Made by a program: the position numbers and the translations under genes
Shown here: piece by piece, positions 9,950-19,766 of the stretch
Layout: the number at the start of each line of letters is the position of its first letter
How positions within the stretch are numbered: position 1 is the first letter of the stretch
The notes under the pieces: model-generated
What the model was told of the DNA's origin: nothing
Databases searched by the model: none
The model's input: the letters and a program-made list of their open reading frames with translations, nothing else
Origin: Thraustochytrium aureum
Taxonomy: Eukaryota
DNA: 64,000 nt
NCBI GenBank assembly: GCA_012862495.1
Contig: BLSG01000081.1
Location: 45,186 to 109,185 of the forward strand
Direction of reading: 5' to 3'

Positions 9950-12425
9950 TCAGCTGAACATCCCTTTGGCTTGCTTCTTCGCCGCGCCGCGCTTGCGGGA
10001 GTGGTTGGCGAGCTTGGCCTTGTTGGCCTGCTGGTACCGCCGTCGCCCACGGTCTGCAGAGGCCGAAGAGCCCCCATCCCCGCCAGAGCCCTCGCCGGCC
10101 ACCCCGTCGTTGGCAACCGCGCTACCGGCCTTGGACTTTCCACCGCGGCTTCCCCCGCCACGAACCCCTGCGCCAGCTCCTCTGCCCCGACCGCGAGCCG
10201 AGCCTCCGCCCCCACGGCCACGACGCCCGCCAACGTCAGTCGTGCTGTCCGCGTTTGACCCAGCCCCACTTGGAACTTTCGCCGCGCCGCGCACCCTGTT
10301 CAAATTCGGCTTGAGAAGGTCGTCGTTGTCTTCGTCTTCCGGCAAGAGCTTCCCGTTCGCATCCCGCAGCTTGCCGTCGACGTCTCGCATGCCAGGCCGC
10401 CACCGCCTTCCCTTCTCTGGCGAGGTTGGCCGAGACCCCATCGCCTTGGTCGCGCCATCTTCAGAATCGCCCAGTTCCTCCAGCTCAAGATCCCCTTCGC
10501 GAGCGGCCTCGAGCGGCTCGCCTTGGTCGTCGCTGTCGCCATCCTCGCCGTCGTACAGAGCAGCGCTGGCCGCATTCACCGCGGTCCGCCGCTTCGTCGA
10601 GGCAGCTTCGGCCGAGCCGTCCCCGACATCAAAGCCCGCGTCGTCGTAGGCGTCGTCATACTCGTCGTCGTACTCGTCGTAAGCGAGCGCGGCCTGCTTG
10701 ATCTTCTCGCGAATCGCAACTAGATCGGGATCCACTTCCGTGTCGCTTTCGTCAGAGTCGGCCCCCCGCCCGGCAAGCGCCATCTCGTCGAAAAGGGCCG
10801 CTGCAGTCTGCGGCCCGCGGTTCACCGCGCGAAGAGCGGGCCGCTCCGCCGCAGGGTCGAGGTGCGCGACAGAGGGCGGCAAGTTGCCCTCCAAGGCGCG
10901 CTGCACCGCAGTCTGCACGTTGTCTCCGACCGCCGCGAGCAGCTCGTCGCAAAAGTACTCGCCAAGGTCTGGGAGGACATCCCGGACNNNNNNNNNNNNN
11001 NNNNNNNNNNNNNNNNNNNNNNNNNNNNNNNNNNNNNNNNNNNNNNNNNNNNNNNNNNNNNNNNNNNNNNNNNNNNNNNNNNNNNNNNNNNNNNNNNNNN
11101 NNNNNNNNNNNNNNNNNNNNNNNNNNNNNNNNNNNNNNNNNNNNNNNNNNNNNNNNNNNNNNNCAGCGCGTCGTCTCGAGCGAGCCGATGACATCAGCGA
11201 CGTAGCTGAGCCGCTCCGCGGCTTCGGGTGCGTTTTCTCGGTTGACCAAGAGGTCGACTCGGCCGCGAAGGTCGTACAGGAAGGCGTAATCTGCGAGGCC
11301 GGCCCCCGAGAGGCCGCCGCTTTGGCTTGCCTCTTCCAAGAGCCCAGCAAGGCGCTCTGCAAGTGCGGCGGACCGGGCCGGGTCCTCAATCGCAAGCTGA
11401 TGCGAGCTCGTCTGCTGCAGCCGCTCCTCGTCGAACACCATGTCTAGCGGTGCCCAAAACGCGCCACAGAGCGCGGCGTGGAGCGCGGCAAGCAAGCCCT
11501 TGCGCACCTGCGCAGAAATAGCAAACGCCTCTGCGCCCAGAGGGTCTTGGCGCCCCTCGCTCAGGAGGCAGCGCGCGAGACCTTCGTAGAGCTCGAGGAG
11601 CCCTAGGACAGACGCATCCTCCGTGCCAAAAGCGGCCTGCGCGATCAGCGCCCCCTCCTCAAACGGCAGACCATGCAAGAGCGACATGGTTGCGTGCGCG
11701 GTGTCCTGGGCGTCCGGAGCATCTCGCCGCCTGCATTGCTGGCTCCCTTTTTCGCTCCCAGGTCCAGCCTCGGCGCCGAGCGCCTCGAGTATTGCCGGCC
11801 ACACCTTTTCGTTTGCCACCCGTAAAGCGGCCCCGAGGCCGTCGATCAGAACAGGGGCCTCCTGCACAGCCCGCGAGAAGAGCACTCGCGTTTCGCGCGG
11901 GCGGCTCGCTTGAAACAGCGCGGCCAGGTCGAGCAGCCGAGCGGGCGTCAGTAGGCCCCGCTCCGCGAGGACGGGACCCAACCGAGCGGCTAGCTCGGGG
12001 TCTGCGACTTGAAGCTCGCAGCGTCCGTCAGTGTCGAGCAGAAGGCGATGGAAGATCGCAAAAACGCGGTCGTCGAGCTCGCCGAGGACCGCAGGCTCGC
12101 TTTCCGCCTCTCTTTCGCGCGGGCGCGCGCGATTTTGCAGAAAAGAGTCGAGGAACGCGCCAAGATCCGCGTCACACAGCGCGCATGCGACAAACTCGGG
12201 AAAGGGTAGCCGCAGGAGCACCTTGGCAGCCCCGGCGCAAACCTCCACGGCGCCCCTGTCCTCCTCGCTCACCAACGCCGCCTCCGCGTCCGCCCCGCGC
12301 ACATTCTCCAGCGACCCGACCACGTTGTCGATCTCCACGAATGGCACGAACCGCACCGGCATCTCGGCGCGCTCGACCTCGGCGAGCACCTGCGAATACA
12401 GGCCTTCCATCGTCGTGCCCGCCAT
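9950..12425 (-). CDS. ASCC2: Activating signal cointegrator 1 complex subunit 2 (CUE-domain, Cue3-like); spans gap
   Basis: FLDSFLQ and RLLDLAALF in the N-terminal region. CUE domain VRDVLPDLGEYF...DNVQTAVQRALEGNLPP. YDEYDDEYDDAYD. C-terminal NKAKLANHSRKRGAAKKQAKGM. Confidence 0.85.
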
Positions 12426-12818
12426 CTTGTCGTCGCCGTCACCCGTCAGGGCAGCGCGCGCAGCTCTTGCCCGCTCCAGAGCCTGTATGCCTGGCGCTGC
12501 TGGCCTCTCTCGGCTCGCGCCTGCTGCGGTTCGGTGTCTGCTCTGCGCCCCGCGGGGTCTGCTGGCGCTCGCGGTCTCGGCTCGCGGCGTGTTGCTGCGA
12601 CGATGCGCACTGAAGTTGCTCAATGTTGCTCGATGTGGATGGACGGAGAGATGGACGGATGGAAGGTGGCTCGAGGTGGCCCGGCACGGCGCGGGGCGCG
12701 CTGCTGTTGCTGTGCGGACCTGGGCGGGTCGAGGAGGAGGGTCATACGGCGAAAGGAAATTACATGCACTGGAAATGGAAAAGGGCGCAGACCGGTTTGT
12801 GCTGCCTGCCTCTCTTGT

Positions 12819-14380
12819 CTAAGTCGGCGGCTTTGGTCTGGCGCCAGCGCGCGCCGGGCCCGCGACTGACTCGTAAATGTACCAGGCCACAACGCTCTGC
12901 GAGAGCGCCATGCTGAACATCAGGTTGCTGTGGACCACCTTGACGAACGACAGCGTGCCAAGCCGCGTGAGCTCCTTCCAGCCGGAGGTCGAGTCGATCA
13001 CGCTCAGCGTCAGGTAGCTGAACATGAAGAGCAGGATGCTGAAGCACATTGCAAGCGAAGTGTTGCGTATCCTGCGGAGGATCACGAAGAACTGCCCGTT
13101 CCGCATCGGCCGCGGTTCTGGGCTGCGGCGAAAGGACCCGGTCGTAGAGTTCCACGAGGCCGAGCCAGTGGCTGGCGGCTTGCTCGGCGGCTTGCTCGGC
13201 GGCTTGGAGGTCGCCGCCGTTGGAGGGGGCGTTGGGGGCGCTGGAAATCCGCCGGGTGGCCGGTGCTCGTCATCTCGAACGATGCGCTGGGGTTGGACTC
13301 GTTGCGGTTCCGAGGGCTCGTCGGCATGTCGCTAGAGTCCTTGGACGAGTCGGCGCCCGGGATAACGTAGTCGTTCCGCACGGAGGAGGACGTCGTCAGG
13401 ATTTCGTTGAGCTTGATGGCCCCGATCANNNNNNNNNNNNNNNNNNNNNNNNNNNNNNNNNNNNNNNNNNNNNNNNNNNNNNNNNNNNNNNNNNNNNNNN
13501 NNNNNNNNNNNNNNNNNNNNNNNNNNNNNNNNNNNNNNNNNNNNNNNNNNNNNNNNNNNNNNNNNNNNNNNNNNNNNNNNNNNNNNNNNNNNNNNNNNNN
13601 NNNNNNNNNNNNNNNNNNNNNNNNNNNNNNNNNNNNNNNNNNNNNNNNNNNNCCGATCAGGTACGTCACGAGCACAAGCACAATTACGGGCGAGATAAAG
13701 TAGCCCATGACGACGCGACCTGACGACTTCTCCACAACAGCCCCCGCCGAGCCCAGCACCACCGCGCTTCCGACAAAGCCGTACACGATGCGCTTTGTCA
13801 CCATGAGCCGGCTCCGCGACATGGGCGTCAGGCGGCCTGACCGCATCGCGATCTCGATCCACATGAGCGAAATCGTGAGCATCGCCAGAGCGCCCAAAAA
13901 CGTCGCGATCGGGGCCACAAAGTTGGACGCGAAATTCCACCGCCCCTTGTAAATGTCGAGGTAGTTTTCGTAGGGCAGGAGCGGGTCGCCGCGCGTCATC
14001 CCCGTCGAGAGCGCCTGCACGAGCGCCCACCAAGCCGTGTTGAGCGACGAAACGAACGAGAGCCCCATAGTCACGCTCGTTGTGTTGAACGAAAAGAGGC
14101 GTTGCTTGCCGCGCTTTTGAAACTCGAGCGCGCAGATCGCCAGCACGGCGCAGTTGATCAGGCCGAGGCAGATCGAGACAAAGCTAATCGCGATTATCCC
14201 CCAGGTCGCGCCCGAGTACTCGTCACAGTTGGGCCCCTGCCATGCGTACCACGAGTTGCAGGCGCAGTTGTCCGTCGCGTTCAGTTCGACTCGCAGCTCC
14301 TCCGTGAACCAGGACACATTCGTGTAGCAGAGCAGGTTGTCGCCGCAGTCAAAGTCGTCCTGGCACACTGCCGCCGCCAT
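12819..14380 (-). CDS. Seven-TM GPCR-like membrane protein with N-terminal Cys-rich/EGF-like module; gap and frameshift near 13255
   Basis: CQDDFDC...C...CACNSWYAWQGPNC followed by five hydrophobic helices, a long S/P-rich loop, then two further helices in ORF 12819-13106. Confidence 0.65.
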
Positions 14381-15086
14381 CAGCTCCGAGCGCCGCCCGG
14401 CTCGATCAACAGCGCAGAGACGCGCGGGTCGCTTGCGCGCGCGCGCGCGTGTATCGCCGTCTAGTCGCGCAAGTCCGCGTGGCCCGTCCCGCTGCCCTGC
14501 CTGCCGCACCCTCTCGCGCAGGCTGCGAGGCAGCTGGGCCAATCCGAGTCTACGTCGCGCTCCTCTCGAGGTGTGCTCGTGCCACTTTTTGCATCTGCAC
14601 TTCCGTCTTACTGGGAAGTGTCCGTTCAAAGCGGCAAATCTGCTCTCGAGGTATCCGTAGACAACGGGTATTTCCGTTGCTGAGGGGGAACTTGGGAGGT
14701 ACACAAGTCTTGACGCGCTCGGAGCGGCTGCTGCGGCAGCGCACGTCACAGGGCCGCGCACGTCACGCGCGAGGAAGTACTCACTCGAACTCTAATGTTC
14801 TGCACTCTTGCGCGACGGAGGCCAGGTGATCCAGGTGATGGCCTTCCGCTGTTGACACGAAACCCGTGACAAAACTTGCTGATGAGTCGATGCGGACCGT
14901 CGTCCCCCATGAGGGTTCAAGCATTGGTCCATCATGATGGCGCTACTGGGTTTTCAATAGGGTACTCTACTCTACCTTACTGTACAGGCCTACTCGAGGT
15001 TGTCGTGTCGGGCCTTCCGATGTTTCAATCAATCAATCAAAAAAACTCGCTGACGGTCACCTGCGACGTGAAGTAGTTGCACCGGA

Positions 15087-18000
15087 TCAAGCAGCCTGCA
15101 GGGTGAACCCGAACGACCCCGGCGGTTTGGTCGCTGGAGACTCTTGCGGAGCCGCGCCCGAGGACGGAGCTTTGAAATCTTCCGCATCAATAACTACAGA
15201 CGACTTGTTGACGCTCGAGGTCTCCTCGCACTGCTGCTGTTGCTGCTGGTGCTGGTGCTGCTGCTGCTGCTCGGCACGCCTGGTGGGGACACGATTGGCA
15301 GCGTCCGAATCTGGCTCGGCAGAGACGTTGCTGCCTCCGTCGCTCGGGCTCTTTCTTGGCGATGGCGTCGAGCCCTTCGACAAGCAGGGCCGCACCTTGA
15401 GCTGCCAGGCCACGACAGCCCCTGCCACCAATGCTTCAATAATCACGAGTGCGGATGTCCAGGAGGCGGCCGCCGCTCCAGCATGGACGGCCCTTGCGCC
15501 GAGCGGAACGACCCCGAGCAAAACCAAGGTGGCCTGGGACCAATACGCGAGCACGTAGTTGCTCTGTGACTTGTACGGGAGCAGCTGGCCGAGGAGCGAC
15601 AAGCACGCCAACGCGACCACCAAGAAGAAGACCTCGCCACCGCCAGCGCTCGCTTGGTGCACGAGCAGGAAAACCGAGGTGAGCGTCAGCTTGCGCAAGA
15701 GCTCGTAGCACTCAAAGTAGGCAAAGTGGTACGGCTGGTGCAAAAACCCCACAGCGCGCGAAAGGGCGGCAGTCATGGTATCGTCCTCAGTCGGTGCGCT
15801 GGAGCGAAATCTCCAAACCAGAACCACGAATGTCACCACCACACCGATTGGGTAGACAGCGGTCATCACCCCCGCATATACACGCCACCCCCAGCTCGCA
15901 AGCGATTCGTAATCGATGGACGGGTCGGCAAGCAAAACGCGCAACTCGGGCGAACCCTCTTCATCAGACTCCGGAAAGACCCTGTACAGAAAGGTGCCAA
16001 ACACCTTGCGAGAGACCCCAGGATAGACCACGAACAGGATCTGCAGACCGAGCCAGAGGCCGAGCCCTGCGACGCGAGGCAAGCGCTGCGGAGCGCACCG
16101 GCGCGTGATGCCGTACACCACGCAGACCATTACCGCGAGGCTCACGAGCGGCGTCACCGTGTACACGACGAGCTGCGCGTAATAGTTGTCCGGAAAAACG
16201 CAGCCGACGCGCGAGCGATCCAGTATCTCGGAGACGTCAAAGCCAACCAAAATCTCCATCAGCGAAGCGCCATCCTCGGCAAACCCCGTCGCCGCAGTAA
16301 AGGGCAGTGCGACCTGGGTAAACCCCAAGAAGATGCGTAGGCTGACTGCGGCCTCCGTGCTTGCATCTAATTGGCTTGGGTCCTTCGGCGTCGCGGGCTT
16401 GGCTTTACAGCGCTTCGCAAGGCAAGCTGGAGCGCAGGACCCGCCCTGCGCCGTTTCGCGCCGCGCCCGAAAGGATTCTCGCGCAAGCCATGCACCAGGC
16501 GCGAAGACCAGCACGAAACACGCGATGAACCATGCAGCGAGTCGGCCAGCTGCTTGGCTCTTCTCGTCGTCGTCGCATGCAGTGCAAGTATCCCCGACAA
16601 TCGCGAATCCGCTCTCGCATGCAGAGCACAGCGCACCCGTGTGGTGCACGGTGCAGAGGTTGCTGCCGCTTGCTCGGCTGTTTGCCGCTGCCGGCTCGCA
16701 GTGCTTTGGCCGAGGGCACTTGTGGACGACAATCGTCGCGTTCGAGGCGCGCCAATGGTGCGGCAACACCGGAAGCGACTCCACGGTCAGCCCCCGCGCA
16801 CTGCAGTCGACCTTGCCATCGAGCTCGAGCTCCAGGCACGTCATCGCAATTCGCTTGCCGCTCCCTGCTTTTTGCAACGCGACGCTTCCCGAGTCGGCAA
16901 CGCAATCCAAAAGCGACGAGCCTCCTTCCGCCAAGGTCACTGGAAACAAATCTGGGCACTTGCGGCATTCGCGTTCGGGCCCTGCAGGCCGAAAGGAGTG
17001 CATCGGGCACGCGACACAGGGCTGCCTCTCGCGCCATTGACCGGCGGGACAGCTAGAGAGCGTTCGATGCAAGGAATGGGGCGCCCACGGCCCCCACCCT
17101 GCGCTCGTTCGAGCGCGCACTGTCACTTGGTACTCCATCCCTGGCCGCAGGTTGCTCACAAAGTCGGTCTGCAATGGGGTCTTCTGTGTGTCAACAAATT
17201 CTTCCCGCACGACCTCCAACTCGTATTCGAGAATCTCACCAACGAAGGGCGAGGGCGCGTCCCAAAAGAGAACAAGGGCGGTCTCTGACGCGTCCGCCTG
17301 CTCGCTGCGAAGGCCGAGCGGCGCAGCTGGAAGAGCCGAAAGGGTCTCGAAGACCAGAGGAAGCCCGCTCGGCCCAGCCGCACTTTGCGGCAAGAGAACG
17401 TACTCGGTATCAGAAGAAGCGTCCTTGACCCACAAATACCTGTCCCAGTACACGTTGACAGCGCGGACGCGAAACTCGAACCGGGAGGCGGGCGCCAAGC
17501 CCTCGACCGTGGCGCGCTCGTCCACGGTGCAGCGAGTGGACCACTGCAGCCCGCTTCCTTCTGCGCGCCACTCGACTTGAAAAACCCTCTCAAACCTTGC
17601 CAGGTCCATTTCACTCGGCATGGAGGAAAACTCGATTCGCGGGAGTTTGTCGCACTTGAATGATCCGCTCGGCAGCACGGTCGGGCGCGTGGGCTCGTGG
17701 TCTGCGCTGCTTTTCGGGTAAGTCCAGGCGACGGCGATGGAGAAGTTGGTCCTCTCCACGGCAGCCGCAACTAGCAATGGGTGCGAACCGGGCTCCGCCT
17801 CCTCATAGCTTATCTTGGCGATGGCCAAGTCGGTGTATTCGTTCTTGTGCGCACAGCGCACGTTGTGCCGCTCTTCCAGCACTTGCGCGTCAATCCCGGC
17901 GATCCCCCCGAGCGACGCGCGGCTGCACGTAAGCGGGTTGCCAAGCAAATGCAGCGACTTTAGGCGCGACAAAGTGTTGAGGTCCTGTGGGAGCGATGTG

Positions 18001-18848
18001 AGCTGGTTGAAGGACAAGTCGAGGCTCGTCAACTGGCTCAGGCTCCCGACGCTCGCTGGGAGCCGACGTATGCCTATCCCTGAAATATTGAGTGAAATCA
18101 GGTGTGAGAGCCGGTCAAAATCGCTCGGTAGGTCACCTTGGATCCCCCCCAGCGCATCCTCGAGCTCTGCGCGGCCGCTCAGCCACGGATGCCCTGAAAA
18201 GTTGGCAACGCGTAGCAAGACCGTCGCTCGCCCTTGGCACGCGGTTTCGCCAAAGATAAAGTTTAAAGTCAGCCAACTCGTGGGCGACTTGACGATAAAC
18301 CCCTTTGACGCGTCTGGGCCTTGCTGGAGGTTGCCTGCAATTAATATCGAGTCCTGACCCTGGGCTCCGAACCCGGCTTCGAGCAGGGCGAAAGTTGGCA
18401 TAGCAAAGATAACTTCCGAGCTGCGCATGAAGGAAAACTTTCTTGCGTCGGCTGTGTTCTCGATAGCTCGGGAATCGCCAACACAATGATCTGGGGTCAA
18501 GTTGACCGATGTGAACAGCGCCTCGACCACCAGGTTGCTCTCGCTCTGGGAAGCTCTCCTCCGCACGTCGTCCCGGCCAACGGAAGCATGCACGCAGTGC
18601 GCTTGCTGTATCTCATGCCCGACTTCCGGGAGGGAGATCTGAGACTGAGCCTCGACTCCCCAAGGTGAAACTAGCTCGAGCTCCACCTCGTCGCCAGGTT
18701 CTAAGGTGATAGGCATGCAATCATCTGGGACAGCCGCAGCCGACCCCCACGAGCCCCCCAGCGCAGCAACGCCAACCACGGCAGCGACCACCACCGCACG
18801 CGCCATGCTCCGCACGTGCCATCTGCATGTGGCGTCGCGAGCCGCCAT
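15087..18848 (-). CDS. Large surface receptor/channel-like protein: signal peptide, LRRs, 2x FN3, Cys-rich (ephrin-receptor-like) repeats, about 9-TM TRP/FLC-like C-terminal domain
   Basis: Signal MARAVVVAAVVGVAALGG. LRR LSQLTSLDLSFNQLTSLP...LLGNPLTC. FN3 VEGLAPASRFEFRVRAVN and NLRPGMEYQVTVRARTSAGWGPW. CPAGQW..CVACP..F. C..HHTGALCSAC..GF. TM region with GFLHQPY...ECYELLRKL. Confidence 0.8.
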   Translation of the reverse strand: MAARDATCRWHVRSMARAVVVAAVVGVAALGGSWGSAAAVPDDCMPITLEPGDEVELELVSPWGVEAQSQISLPEVGHEIQQAHCVHASVGRDDVRRRASQSESNLVVEALFTSVNLTPDHCVGDSRAIENTADARKFSFMRSSEVIFAMPTFALLEAGFGAQGQDSILIAGNLQQGPDASKGFIVKSPTSWLTLNFIFGETACQGRATVLLRVANFSGHPWLSGRAELEDALGGIQGDLPSDFDRLSHLISLNISGIGIRRLPASVGSLSQLTSLDLSFNQLTSLPQDLNTLSRLKSLHLLGNPLTCSRASLGGIAGIDAQVLEERHNVRCAHKNEYTDLAIAKISYEEAEPGSHPLLVAAAVERTNFSIAVAWTYPKSSADHEPTRPTVLPSGSFKCDKLPRIEFSSMPSEMDLARFERVFQVEWRAEGSGLQWSTRCTVDERATVEGLAPASRFEFRVRAVNVYWDRYLWVKDASSDTEYVLLPQSAAGPSGLPLVFETLSALPAAPLGLRSEQADASETALVLFWDAPSPFVGEILEYELEVVREEFVDTQKTPLQTDFVSNLRPGMEYQVTVRARTSAGWGPWAPHSLHRTLSSCPAGQWRERQPCVACPMHSFRPAGPERECRKCPDLFPVTLAEGGSSLLDCVADSGSVALQKAGSGKRIAMTCLELELDGKVDCSARGLTVESLPVLPHHWRASNATIVVHKCPRPKHCEPAAANSRASGSNLCTVHHTGALCSACESGFAIVGDTCTACDDDEKSQAAGRLAAWFIACFVLVFAPGAWLARESFRARRETAQGGSCAPACLAKRCKAKPATPKDPSQLDASTEAAVSLRIFLGFTQVALPFTAATGFAEDGASLMEILVGFDVSEILDRSRVGCVFPDNYYAQLVVYTVTPLVSLAVMVCVVYGITRRCAPQRLPRVAGLGLWLGLQILFVVYPGVSRKVFGTFLYRVFPESDEEGSPELRVLLADPSIDYESLASWGWRVYAGVMTAVYPIGVVVTFVVLVWRFRSSAPTEDDTMTAALSRAVGFLHQPYHFAYFECYELLRKLTLTSVFLLVHQASAGGGEVFFLVVALACLSLLGQLLPYKSQSNYVLAYWSQATLVLLGVVPLGARAVHAGAAAASWTSALVIIEALVAGAVVAWQLKVRPCLSKGSTPSPRKSPSDGGSNVSAEPDSDAANRVPTRRAEQQQQHQHQQQQQQCEETSSVNKSSVVIDAEDFKAPSSGAAPQESPATKPPGSFGFTLQAA

Positions 18849-19164
18849 CCCCGGCTCCCGCGCCTCTGTACCCACCCGTGCAGACAGAAGCCAAGGCGTC
18901 CTGCGAGCGATGCGACTCTGCTGAGGGAGGGAGGGCGGGCGCCCACGGCCCTCGGCCCTCGCTCCTCTCGCGCGCACTCTCGCCCACTCTGCTCTTGCAC
19001 ACGCCACTTCTGTTCTGTGACAAGTCTGAGGAACCAAAGGAACGTTCCCATCGATCTCCGCTTTGGAACGAAGGAATGCTCCCCTGCCTCTCATTACAAC
19101 TTTCAAGAATGATGAAATGTGACTTGGGGAACAGAAGGAGCATTCCTTTATGCGATAGAGTGCG

Positions 19165-19355
19165 TTCGTTCTGTTCTTGGTTCTTGGTTCTCGTTTCTTG
19201 GTTCTCGTCTCTTGGTTCTCGGCTCTCTGTTCTTGGTTCTTGGTTCTTGGTTCTTGGTTCTCGGTTCTTGGTTCTCGGTTCTCGGTTCCCATTTCTCACT
19301 TCCTGGTTCTCGGTTCTGGTTTCTTGGTTCTTGGTTCTCGTCTCTTGGTTCTCGG
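19165..19355. repeat. Degenerate heptamer tandem array (GGTTCTT/GGTTCTC)n
   Basis: About 190 bp of ttcttgg/ttctcgg units. The repeat causes the spurious ENQEPRT-type ORF extension. Confidence 0.9.
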
Positions 19356-19766
19356 TGCTCATCAGTGCTTGGCTCGTTTTCGTTCGCGGACCGAAACGGG
19401 ATCGCGGCCGGAACGCGATCGCAGGGTGAGAACGCTGCAGATGGCCCTGTTGCGCGTTGAGGGCGAGTGGGTTGCAGCAGAGCCTGAACGCAACGGGGCC
19501 GGCGGCGACANNNNNNNNNNNNNNNNNNNNNNNNNNNNNNNNNNNNNNNNNNNNNNNNNNNNNNNNNNNNNNNNNNNNNNNNNNNNNNNNNNNNNNNNNN
19601 NNNNNNNNNNNNNNNNNNNNNNNNNNNNNNNNNNNNNNNNNNNNNNNNNNNNNNNNNNNNNNNNNNNNNNNNNNNNNNNNNNNNNNNNNNNNNNNNNNNN
19701 NNNNNNNNNNNNNNNNNNNNNNNNNNNNNNNNNNNNNNNNNNNNNNNNNNNNNNNNNNNNNNNNNG

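Noticed and set aside
19165..19355. Interstitial telomeric repeat
   Set aside because: The unit GGTTCTT lacks the TTAGGG/TTTAGGG-type G-tract.
18849..19362. ENQEPRTK-repeat N-terminal extension of the receptor
   Set aside because: It is a translation of the heptamer DNA repeat. A proper signal peptide begins downstream.
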